Assembly (NCBI RefSeq): GCF_024521635.1
Contig: NW_026250432.1
Span: 310,001 to 374,000, forward strand
Source: Tricharina praecox
Lineage: Eukaryota
DNA: 64,000 nucleotides
Reading direction: 5' to 3'
The notes under the pieces were generated by a model. The model did not search any database. It saw only the letters and a list, made by a program, of their open reading frames with translations, and was not told where the DNA came from. Below, one piece after another: positions 1 through 10,856 of the stretch. Each line of letters starts with the position of its first letter. The stretch's first letter is position 1. A program made the translations under genes and the position numbers.

Positions 1-1923
1 CGCGGATCCGGTTCGACTCACCTATTCCAGTCGGCTCGGATATCGTACCTATTGTCAGTCGGTAGTTACTTGGCGATGGTATTTTGTATATAAGTAACCA
101 CCAAGACCGCCGAGACCGTCGGCTACAGAATGGCATAGCTACGGCGTGTGGCTGGCTCCCTTCCCTCAAGCTCCATGGGACTGCAGTATGTACCGGATGC
201 GGGACGGGGCGGGGCGGTGAGCGATGGTGATCGGCGGTGTGTGATCATTCCCGTGGCAGAACCAACGAAGAAAGGGGAACCTGTGATGTATTTCTTCCTC
301 AGGCATTACATGGAAGGATGGGGTCCCTTCACCGAAGTTCACTGAAGGTACATCTGTTCTCTAGAACAGTGTGTTTTGTTTGCTTGCAATGGTAGCATTT
401 TTGATCATGAGAGCCGGCGGTGTTGCAGGGCCGCGTTTTACCCGTCTTCTGATACTTCGAAGTACTCTATGTACTCACGCCTTATCGTAGCCATGTGGTC
501 AGACAACACAGAAATAAAGCCATCAGGCGGTCGCACAAAATATCCACCTTGGTACATGCGAATCATCATGAGGAACAGACACCGGATCAAAGTATTCGGT
601 TCGAAGCGAGCGACATCATGCCGGTACCTAGCGAACCAGTCATCGTCCAGCTCCCACCACGTTGTGCTCGTTATGGATGCGGAGGTATCGGTATTAATTG
701 GCTCTTATGTCTTTACCCAACCACCACCACCCGCCAATATATACCAGCGCGCCTCCAGCGAACACCCGAGTATTTGCCCCTCGCAGACGGCCGCTCCATA
801 CTTTAGCACGTGCACAGCAATGAGATCTCTGGGGTAGATATGATCATGTATGTATTTACGCATAAATACGGCGAGCTCGGGCCCCCCATGCTGTCTCTCC
901 GTCCCTGCAGCGCGGTGTGCGGCGGCATACGCGCATGCTGTAGCTCAGCACGTCAGATCTCCACGAAAGAGCGACGGGGGGAGGGGAAGGAGGTGCGGGC
1001 ACCCAATCGGAATCGACGATCCAACACGATGGGGAGTCTGTAGGTCCAGGTTCCTCGCGCCCGACCGTTGTGCCTAGGTATTTTACACAAATGTAAGTAT
1101 GTTGGTTGGTAGACATCGCCGACGTGGTCTGGCGGGCGGGCGTGAAGTGGTGGCTGGAGCCTGGAGCCTGGGGGGAACTCCGATGCGGACAAGGTAGAGA
1201 TCTTCGTTTTTCTATCGTGTTGTTCTTTCTTCTAGAGCACATAACTACGGTGCTAGGTGGCAGTCCTTCTTTGTTGCGTTCTCCAGAGTCCAGTGCGGGT
1301 TCTTTCCCCAGCCCCATTTTCTCGCCGGGGCGATGTCGAATGGTCACAAAATCAGGTTCCATTATTACGCCTTCAAGACGGCTCTTGATTGGCTGCCCAT
1401 CACGTCACCTCTCGCTAGCGGCGGCTCTTTGGCACCCCAAAAACTTCGAATCCATGCTACACCACGCAAAATCACTGCCCACGCAGAATCCGCCGACAGG
1501 ATAACAACAGCAACTCGTCGCAGCGGGACGAGAGCAACGCGAGAAATGCCGCTTAGAAACCAGAATCCCAAAAAGAAGAACCGGGGTTGGCAGCGAGGCA
1601 TCGAGCTCGGCGGAACCAGCATGGAGCTCCGGATCCGATCGAAACTCTACTATATGTGGTTATCCAGAGTGTTCTGCACTAGGATATTAGGTTGGAGTCC
1701 GTGTATCAAAACGGCCGCCCTCCCCCTCTCACCTCATCTTGCCCCATAAATTCACTTTCGATCTTTCCGTTATTCCTTCACTGCACTCGCCTGTCCAACC
1801 GTCCCCTCCCCCGCCCTACCGACCGACCGACCGACTCGTGCCAGCCGTGTTGTCGTGGCCGCAGCAAAAGGAAGCCCTTCTCCCCCAGGACCCATCGACC
1901 GCGGTCGCTACAACTACGGCAGT

Positions 1924-4509
1924 ATGGCCAGTCCTTCGCCCCAATCCCCCAAGAAGTTGGGAACGCAGGTAGGACAAGGTCTCGCCAAAGTCCTCGGAAT
2001 CGAGCTCCAGCATGCCACGCCCTACGAGCAACACGTTACCCGTGGGGAGTCGATCTACTCGCTCAACGGGGCAGCAGGCGCTTATATCGAGGCCGAACCG
2101 ACCGTGGTGGAGTACTTCTCGCAGTTCAAACCCAGTGGCAGCGGCATCGGACAGTACTTGCTCGATTTCTTTCCGTTTATCACATGGATCGGGAGGTGTG
2201 TAACTCTTGTCGAGGAATGAAGTGGCTGGAATACCGTTGGCTGATCTAGTGCAGATACAACCTTAAGTGGGCTACTGGAGACTTGACTGCTGGTATCACG
2301 GTGGGATGCGTCGTTATCCCTCAAGGAAGTGAGTGCCATTGGATCTCAAAGTTGTTGGGAGAATTGTCGCTGACCAATGTTAGTGGCCTACGCACAACTG
2401 GCCCAGCTTCCCCCGGAGTTCGGTCTCTACTCTTCGTTTGTCGGTGTGATGATTTATTGGTTCTTTGCGACTTCCAAGGACATCACCATTGGACCAGTCG
2501 CCGTCATGTCGACGCTCGTTGGCAACATCGTTGCGGACCTCCCCGCTGATCAGCGGCCGACTATCGCGTCTGCGCTCTCGTTGATCTGCGGTTCCATCGT
2601 TTTCTTCATTGGACTTTTCAGACTGGGATTCGTAGTCGACTATATCCCGCTGCCTGCTATTGCTGCTTTCATGACCGGATCGGCGCTCAGCATCACGGCG
2701 GGACAGATTCCCAAGATGATGGGAATCAAGGGCTTCAGCACTAGAGGACCGGCGTATGAGATCTTCATCAACACCCTGAAGAATTTGGGCTCTACCAAGA
2801 TCGACGCGGCAATGGGCCTCAGCGCTTTGGTGTTTTTGTACCTCCTCCGATGGATCTTCACTAGCTTCCTGCCCAAGAAGTTCCCGTCGATGCAGAAGAC
2901 GTGGTTCTTCATCGGTACCCTGCGCACGGCTTTCATCATCCTGCTGTACACCATGATTTCGTGGCTGGTAAACATGAACCGACGGGACGACCCGATGTTC
3001 GGCATCCTCGGGTCTATTCCCAGCGGCTTCAAGCATATGGGCGTACCCACGATCGACGGCGACATCATCAGCAGCTTCACTTCGCAGCTACCGGCAGCCG
3101 TCATCGTGCTGTTGATCGAGCACATTGCCATTTCAAAGTCGTTCGGAAGGATCAACAACTACACTATCGACCCCTCGCAGGAACTGATCGCCATCGGCAT
3201 CACCAACATCCTTGGTCCGTTCTTCGGCGCATACCCTGCAACTGGATCCTTCTCCCGTACCGCCATCAAGTCCAAGGCCGGTGTGCGCACCCCCTTCGCT
3301 GGAGTCATCACCGGTGTCGTGGTCCTCCTCGCCATCTACTGCCTCACCGCGGTCTTCTTCTACATCCCCGACGCCTCCCTCTCCGCCGTCATCATCCACG
3401 CTGTGGGTGATCTGATCACACCCCCGAACACCGTCTACAAGTTCTGGCGCGTCTCCCCCGTCGAGTGTGTCATCTTCTTCCTAGGAGTGCTGGTGACCGT
3501 CTTCACCAACATCGAGAACGGAATCTACTCCTCCGTCGGCGCTTCCGGTGCCCTCCTCCTCTTCCGCATCGCCAAAGCCCGTGGCCACTTCATGGGCAAA
3601 GTGAAGGTCCACACCGTACTCGGCGACCACCTGATCGCACCCGAGTCCGTAATCCCCAGCACTACCACCTCCATCACCGGCTTCCCCGGCCTCCCCACCG
3701 CAACCGGCCTCGACACCGCCGCCTCCTCCTCCACCGCCCTCACCATCCCCAAGAACTACGGCGCGATCAACGCCCCCGCCAACAAAAACTACGAGGCCAC
3801 CCGCAACGTCTTCCTGCCGATCGACCACCGCGACGGCTCGAACCCGGCGGTCGACATCGTCAACCCGTACCCGGGCGTATTCGTCTACCGCTTCACGGAG
3901 GGCTTCCTCTACCCGAACGCGTCACACTACACAGAAGCACTAGTCGAGCACATCTTCGCGAACACACGACGTGGGAACCCGCTCTCCCTCGCGACCAAAG
4001 CGGGCGACCGAGCGTGGAACGACGCCGGCCCGAAGAACCCAGAGGCGCAAGCGCAGCTCGAGTCGTCAAGGCCCGCACTGCGCGCGATCATCCTGGACTT
4101 CAGCAGCGTCAACAACGTGGACATCACATCGGTACAGAACCTGCTCGACGTGCGCAACCAGCTGGACCGGTACGCGGAGCCCGACGTGGTGGAGTGGCAC
4201 TTCGCCGCCATCGGCAACCGCTGGACGAAGCGCGCGCTGAGCTCGGCGGGCTTCGGGTTCCCGCCCCCCAGTTCGGGCGGCCGCGAGGGCTGGCAGCCCG
4301 TATTCTCTGTCGCGGAAGTGGGCGGGCATATTGAGCTGGGAGGAGGCGAGATGGAGCGAGAGATCGAGAAGTCGAAGGAGGCGGATCCCGAGGCGGCAAG
4401 AGCGCTCACCGGAAGACGCAGGGTCGTGCCTGTGGGAAGCATTAACCTCCCGTTCTTCCATATCGACCTCGAGGGCGCCGTGGAGAGCGCGATCAGGAAT
4501 GTGCGGTAG
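1924..4509 (+). CDS. SulP/SLC26 sulfate permease with C-terminal STAS domain; exons 1924-2195, 2255-2328, 2384-4509
   Basis: Splicing restores GDLTAGITVGCVVIPQGMAYAQLA; GLYSSF, GSFSRTA and STAS-type ILDFSSVNNVD motifs; canonical GT-AG introns with CTGAT/CTGAC branch points. Confidence 0.95.
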
Positions 4510-5301
4510 TGCGGGGTGGGCAAGATGTGCACGATGTCTCGTTTTGTTTGATTTGCATGGGCGCGGCGTTGTGGACACGGACGGTGGGGTTGTTTTTTTC
4601 TTTTGGGCGACGGTGTATATATCTTGCGCGGGTACTTGGCTTGCTTGGCTACTTGGCTTGCGGTCGGTTGGGTGTAAATAATTATGATGTATCTATCTAC
4701 ATATCTATGGGGAGATTGGTATCTTATCTACTATGAGGAACGGGACTTTTTTCAAAGTGCTTTGATCGGAATGGTGTGTGGCCGAGTGATGGCGGTGATG
4801 CGGACTCGCTTCGACACTTGCTACATACCGGGACTTCACCACTCACCTACATTTATTGGTCCAGATGTAACCTGCTCCCGAGAGAGTGACTACTGGAGAG
4901 ATAATACGCCGCCGAGTGACAGAGGGCGAAGACGGTGGTGTTGTGTATCGTATGCTATCATGTTAAGGGAGATGGTGGTTGCCATTGTCGTTGCGAGGAT
5001 GGAACAGCTTGGAATGATGAGCTGTATGGTACAAGTCGGTAGGTTACTATCGGGGAGATCTAATCTACCTTTGTTATTTAGATATGCCGTGACATTCCAA
5101 GAACAAGGACTGCGGCTTCACTTGTGACTCCACTCTATATCTTGCTGAGCTATTGCGTGTGGTGGTGGGGTTGTGAACTCGAGTAGCTCTCTCTGCGCGC
5201 GCGACCCCCCACTCGTCGTCATCCATGTGAGCGATCTAAAACGGCGCAAGTCCCCCGCGTCCCCCTCCCACGCCCCACCTCATCACCCTCACAACACCAC
5301 G

Positions 5302-6246
5302 ATGACCACCAAGACCGACCCAACGCTCAAGTCCGTCTCGGGGCACTGGTTCACCGCGTTCCCGATCCCGGAGGTCGCCGCCGTCCCACAAACCTACCAG
5401 TTCACCGACCGTACGCTCTCAGCGCAAGTATTCACGCACCCGTCCTTCGCCAACGGCACTGGCCCGCACAACGCGATCCTGAGCTTCGAGGGCGCAACGC
5501 TCATCACCACGCTCGCCACGCTCAACCTAACCGTGCTCTTCCCCGCCACGCCCGTCTCAACCCTATCCGACCTCCGCCTAGCCATAACCTCTCGCGCACT
5601 ACACGCACACCTCTCGCGGGCGCTCTCCCTCCCCTCCCACCTCCGCGCCGCCTCGGCCGACACCGCCAGCACCGAGCGCGCGCAGTCCGAGCTGTTCGAG
5701 GCGTATATTGCGGGGGTGTTCCGGGAGCTGACGGCGGCGCGGTTCGACGAGCTGCGCGCCTACCACCTGCAGCTGCTGCAGCCGTACATTGTCGCGTACC
5801 ACGCGCTGCACCGCTCTGCCGCGCACCACCCCGTCATCCGCGAGAAGCAGCGGAAGCAGGAGATGGCGACGTACACCGTGCGGCTGATGGAGTACGCGGC
5901 CAAGAACCGGCTCGAGCCGCCCGTGTTCGAGTTCACCTCGAATGGCGCACAGGGCCCGCTGGTCCAGTGGGGCTGCCAGGTCATCCTCGGCGGAGTGCAT
6001 GTGGCCAAGGCTGTCGCGGGGAGTAAGAGCAATGCGAAACATCTGGCGAGCGCGGAGGCGTTTAAGGCCCTGCCCGTCCTGGTGGGCGAGAAGGATCCGC
6101 CACATACCACGACGGAGAGGAGGAAGAAGAAGGAGTTCTATAGGGCTGCTGCAAAGACCCGTGCCACTCCCGCACTGTTTGGACAGCCTGGCTGGGCGCC
6201 CTCCAACGCTGCGCATATGGCTACCGCGCCAAGTTGGGGATCGTAG
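5302..6246 (+). CDS. Degenerate RNase III-like domain plus C-terminal dsRNA-binding domain (~314 aa, intronless)
   Basis: VFTHPS...HNAILSFEGA...SELFEAYIAG follows the RNase III pattern LTH-S...NERLEFLGD...ADxFEAxIGA; RLMEYAAKNRLEPPVFEF...W-C-V-LGG...AGSKSNAKHLASAEAFKAL is a typical dsRBD; first ATG at 5302. Confidence 0.75.
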   Translation: MTTKTDPTLKSVSGHWFTAFPIPEVAAVPQTYQFTDRTLSAQVFTHPSFANGTGPHNAILSFEGATLITTLATLNLTVLFPATPVSTLSDLRLAITSRALHAHLSRALSLPSHLRAASADTASTERAQSELFEAYIAGVFRELTAARFDELRAYHLQLLQPYIVAYHALHRSAAHHPVIREKQRKQEMATYTVRLMEYAAKNRLEPPVFEFTSNGAQGPLVQWGCQVILGGVHVAKAVAGSKSNAKHLASAEAFKALPVLVGEKDPPHTTTERRKKKEFYRAAAKTRATPALFGQPGWAPSNAAHMATAPSWGS

Positions 6247-6952
6247 GGGAAGTGGGTGGGGTTGTGGGGCGAGAGCAGCTCGTCCCCCCCCCCCCCCCCC
6301 CCCCTCCCCCCTCTAAATGACTGGGGGTGGGCACAGCGGTGCTCGGGGATTTGGAAGACCGGATGCGGGGAGTTATGGGTATGTTTTGGATTCTTGATAG
6401 GGATGCGTTTTGCGTTTTGCTTGCATGTTTTTTGCGATTACCACTTGGGTAATGTTTCTCTTTTCGATTTCTTTTTTTACCGACGATGTTACAACTGCTG
6501 CCACTTGCTGCCACTAGACTTTGTGGCTGGACTACAATATATGCGAGAGAGGGTATATGCGTGGATGATAATGGTTCATTACTACATGCTATCACGAGTG
6601 TATGTACATAACTCGTACTTGCACTACTGCACTGGGGATCTCCCTTCTTCGCCGCAGCCGCCGCCGGGGGGGGGGAGGCGAATGATATCCCATGGCCGGC
6701 ATCTGCCAACGAACTCGCGACCCCACAGTGACGTGGGCCAACCATCTTGCCGCTCCAGGATTCGCCAGCTCTGCCTTGCATGCGCATGTGCAAGCGCAGT
6801 TGCAAGTGCAATATGGCCGGGTGGGGGTGTATGATAGAGCTGTCCGTTGGCAATCGAGCTCTCCCCCCATAGCTGTAGCCACAGACAGACAGATAAAGAG
6901 CGGGCGCGCACCCATTCTCCGTGGCGGCCGCCATCCGCCGCCGACCACCGTA

Positions 6953-8587
6953 ATGACCTCCTACGCCCCCTACAGCAACGCCATGCGCCTCGGCCAAGGC
7001 TTCAACTCGTACGCGCAGACGATCTGCATCGACAACGCGGTGGTGTTCGACGGCGTATCGAAGAACCCACCGCCGCCGCCTGCCGCCCCCGAAGACGACG
7101 CACAGAAACAGGTCGTCACCTACTCCGCCGGCTTCGTCGATAAGCTCTCCGACGTCGTCGAAGCGACCAACCTCTCCCCCAGCACGTCGATAAAGTCCGG
7201 CAGCATCGGGAACTCGGGCAAGGGCGGCGGCGGGTTTATCGACTGCGACAAGGTCCGCTCCTCCGCCCGTCCCCCCGTCCCCCGTCCCCCCGTCCCCTCC
7301 TCACCCCCACCCGCAGGGCTAACCCCCCGCCTTTAGTTCAAAGAAGCCCACCTCAACTACCTCGTGCACGCCAAAGTGACCGTACAATCCTCCCCCCAAT
7401 CCGGCACGGAGACCCCACGGTTCCAGCGGATCAAATCGCTGCCCCCCCACCTCTTCCACCGCACCTTCGGCGACTGCTTCATTAGCGGCTTCCTAAGCGG
7501 CGGTGAGTTCTCCGCCCTCGTTTCCTTCCGCTTCCTCCCCGGCGTCGATCTGACGCTGGGGCGCAAGCTGGCGATGGCGGCGCTTACGCCGCTGGGCGGT
7601 GACGCGGCGGGAGAGGAGGCGGGAGAGGGGGCAGGAGTGGGGGGGGTGGGGGGAGTGGGTGCGGACGTGCACGTCCTCCGTGCGAGGAGGGAGCTGGCCA
7701 CGAAAGCAGAGGTCAGCGTCACCGTCAGCTGGAGCGGCGGGGGGCAGCGAGTTTTCTCGCCAGCGGCGGGTTCGGGTGCGGGGGGCGGCGAGCAGTGGGA
7801 CATATCCTCGGTGATGCGGGCGGCAGCGCGGTTCCCGTCGGCGGTAGCGAGCTGTCCGCAACGGATCGCGGCGGTGCTGACGCGGTATACTACCCTGAGG
7901 TCGTTTGTGGAGCAGATGCCCGCGGTGGTCCCGCTGGATTATGATAATACAGTCCTGTACTCCGGTGATCTGTTAGATGCGTATATGGAGTATAAACACC
8001 TGGTTAAGCAGCTTAATCTCAGTCCGTCCTCCCCCCCTCCTTGTCCCCCCCACCCCTTCCCCTTAACTAACCCCGACGCAGTGCTCGAAACCCCCCACCT
8101 CTACGCCGAAACCCAGTTACTCGACGAGTCCCGAGAGGAGATCAAGCCGATCCGCCTGCAACTGTCAGAACTCGACGACGCGAAAACCTACTGCCGCCAG
8201 CAGATGCTGCGCATAGTCAAGGAGGTCGATAATATTGCCAAAAACCCCGAGCTCGCGTGCGACGAGGAACACCTCCCGCCGTTCATGAGCGCGGAGCTGT
8301 TTAAGGCTATGATGCCTGTGTTGAGGCATGGGGGGATGGATGGGGGGCTTGGTGGGCATATGAGGATTGGGGGGAGTGGGAGGAGTGGGAGGAGTAGTAG
8401 GGGGAGTGGGGTGGAGGGACGGTTGGGGAAGCGTGATGACGACGGGGAGGAGGAGGGAGTGCTGGTTGCCGCTAGCTCGAGGGGGTATGAAGAGTACTCG
8501 GATGGGGACGGCGAGGGGAGGGCATTAACGGAGGTGGGGCACGAGCAGGAGCATGGGCAGGAGCACGAGCAGGAGGAGGAATTATAG
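6953..8587 (+). CDS. Uncharacterised fungal protein with MACPF-like signature (~496 aa); exons 6953-7252, 7337-8021, 8082-8587
   Basis: Intron 7253-7336 (GTCCGC..GCTAAC..TAG) joins two ORFs in frame; MRLGQGFNSY N-terminus; FGDCFISGFLSGG at 7466-7504 has MACPF signature spacing; acidic low-complexity tail. Confidence 0.65.
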
Positions 8588-9579
8588 AGGAGGACAGACT
8601 GTCAAGCAGTCAGACGGGTAGGCTTCTGTGAGTGATGCACCATGATGGGATATATAGAATCAAACCAGGAAATGTACATACGCACGCTCTCTCTCTTTTT
8701 CATCTCTTCTTTTCATCTAGATTGATGCAGAATGCGGGGAATATTGACGGTCCAATACAAGAGTCCTGCATCACACAATGGAGACGGGAGAGTGAGCTCC
8801 TCGGCGCCGGTTTTTGTCGTTTTCATGCGACTTCGTCTCGGCGCCGAGACGACCACCTAAAGACCGAAAAGTCTGTGCTCGAGTAGATAACTACAACGGC
8901 ATTTCGACGTGGGATGGCTAAGTACACAAACACACTACACACTAGGTACCGCAGTGGGTGCATACGGTAGGTACACGCTCACCGCAAAGCGAGCATGTGC
9001 TCCCGCCTCCATACGCCACATAGGTACACGGTTGCTATGCGGTGGGGTGGGTGGTCCAGACCTCACTCCGTTCTTTTCTTTCTTTTCTTGGGAGCGGCCT
9101 GGTCGCCGCTGCCGGGCTGTGCTGGATGGCAGTTGGGGCTGGGGTTGGGGTTGGGGTTGGACCGTTGGTGGTGGCAAGTGGCAAGCGGCAAGCCACCAGA
9201 GAGCTCCATGTTCGGCTGCGCAGAAGGGCATCTAGTGCGTGAGCCAGCGGGGTGTCGTTGATGCCCTTACCCGGCCTTTCGCCTGTCAGCGCCGCAAGCC
9301 GTAGTTGGGACCAAGTGAAGAGTGAAGAGTCAAGACCTCGCTGCCGTATGTAGAGTACTCTACAGACGGTTCGTTGCCATGTCGCTGCCTCTGCCTACCA
9401 AATCAAAGAGACGGGCACGCCTGATCGGTTCCTCGACCGCTTCTTCCATCGTGGAGATTCCCCTTCCCACGTCCGTCCACTGTCTTTACTTAATCCAGCC
9501 CACGTGGCCGTCCGTTGGATCGCAGTTCTCGAAGAGGAGGTCTGCGCAAGACAGAATGGCGCTTAGTTTTCTACATGGC

Positions 9580-9586
9580 TGACTCA
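9580..9586. promoter_or_regulatory. Candidate Gcn4/CPC-1 site TGACTCA upstream of CPA2
   Basis: Perfect consensus ~1.3 kb upstream of an arginine-biosynthesis gene; a 7-mer can occur by chance. Confidence 0.35.
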
Positions 9587-10137
9587 CAGAGCACTTCTTC
9601 TTTGAAGAGGAGGTCGGCAAGAGAGAATGGCGCTTAACTAGGGCTACCCCACGCCTCACGGGTGACGGAGCAGATATCCGAGTGAGTGAGTGAGCGCTCG
9701 GAAACGTGGTTGTTGGTGCGAGTGCGAGTGACTGCCCGGTGCCCGGGTACCTGTGCTACGGGAGCTTGGAAGGAGCGCACTGGGTCCAAGACTCGATACG
9801 AGGCCAGAGATGCCAGAGATTGTCGGTGGATAGATGTTTCTTTTCTTTGGACACGAAGACATAACGTTTTTGCACCACAGGCCGGGGGGGCGGGATGAGC
9901 ATCCGCCGATCCCAACGATCGCCGGCAACGAGGCTGGCCGCCGCTTCGGCGACTCTCAACCCTCCGAGATGAACGGTGCAGCCGGCACAGGGGAAGAGTA
10001 CGTCAGCGGCGACAGGGATCGTTCTGGCGTATCAAAGTCTGTGTGTTTCTGGTGTTTCTGGCGTTTCGGACCCGGTGTGGGGTAAACGATCTGGAAAGAC
10101 GAGGGCTGCGGGAGGGCGGAGGGCAGAAAGATGGCTG

Positions 10138-10144
10138 TGAGTCA
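10138..10144. promoter_or_regulatory. Candidate Gcn4/CPC-1 site TGAGTCA upstream of CPA2
   Basis: Perfect consensus ~0.7 kb upstream of the CPA2 ATG. Confidence 0.4.
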
Positions 10145-10856
10145 CGGGCTGCGATCCGCGGGCCTTTCCACACGGACTGGCGGCCCAGCGCCGGTGCTAG
10201 TTATAGTTCTTTCCGCCGAGCCGGCCGGAGTGGCCCCAACCCGCCCGCTCTCCCAACAGTCTCCGCTGTCTAGCACCAACCGTCCGTGAAGTCCAAGTCG
10301 CGATCGCGGTGCGCCATACGCGATCCAGGGCCACCGCTAAGCAATCACTCTAAAAAAAATAGATACCCAATTGCCACTCCTGATTGGCTCGCTTAGTGCC
10401 CCAAGTGCGAACGCTTTTTTTTCTCCCACTTCCCACTCCGAGCAGCGAGGAACAAGCCGTCAAACTGAAAAGAAGGGAAGGAAGAAAGAAAGCGGACGGA
10501 AAAAACTTGGAGGGGGACCAGAAGAAAGAGTCACACAAGATACCAAGAGCGGAAAGCCCGCGGCGACTATCTATACCCTCTCTCCGTCCCGCTTCTCTCC
10601 CTCCTCCTCCTCCTCTTCTTCTTCACTCACAACGATATACCACTGTCCTCCCCCTCCCCCCCACATCCCCCCCTCCAGTACCCCACACACCTCTCCCATC
10701 ACCTCAGCTCCGAAAAATTAAAAAGACCACCCCCCACGTGGACTCATCTGGGGCTCAACCTTTCGGTCACCTCCGTCCTTCGTGACCCTCTCCTCCTCCT
10801 CCTCGTTGCTCAATCTACCTCTCCTATAGCGTCCGTAGTCCTACCTTTCGCCCGCA

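Noticed and set aside
148..1750. Several ORFs upstream of the sulfate permease, and a possible CYS-3/MetR site
   Set aside because: No domain-like sequence or codon bias; no exact ATGRYRYCAT palindrome spotted by eye.
8600..10800. Short ORFs between the MACPF-like gene and CPA2
   Set aside because: Mostly non-ATG starts and simple-sequence content; best read as intergenic or promoter DNA.
10550..10856. Arginine attenuator peptide uORF ahead of the carbamoyl-phosphate synthase gene
   Set aside because: The AAP belongs to the small-subunit gene (CPA1/arg-2); I see no upstream ATG or AAP-like peptide here.
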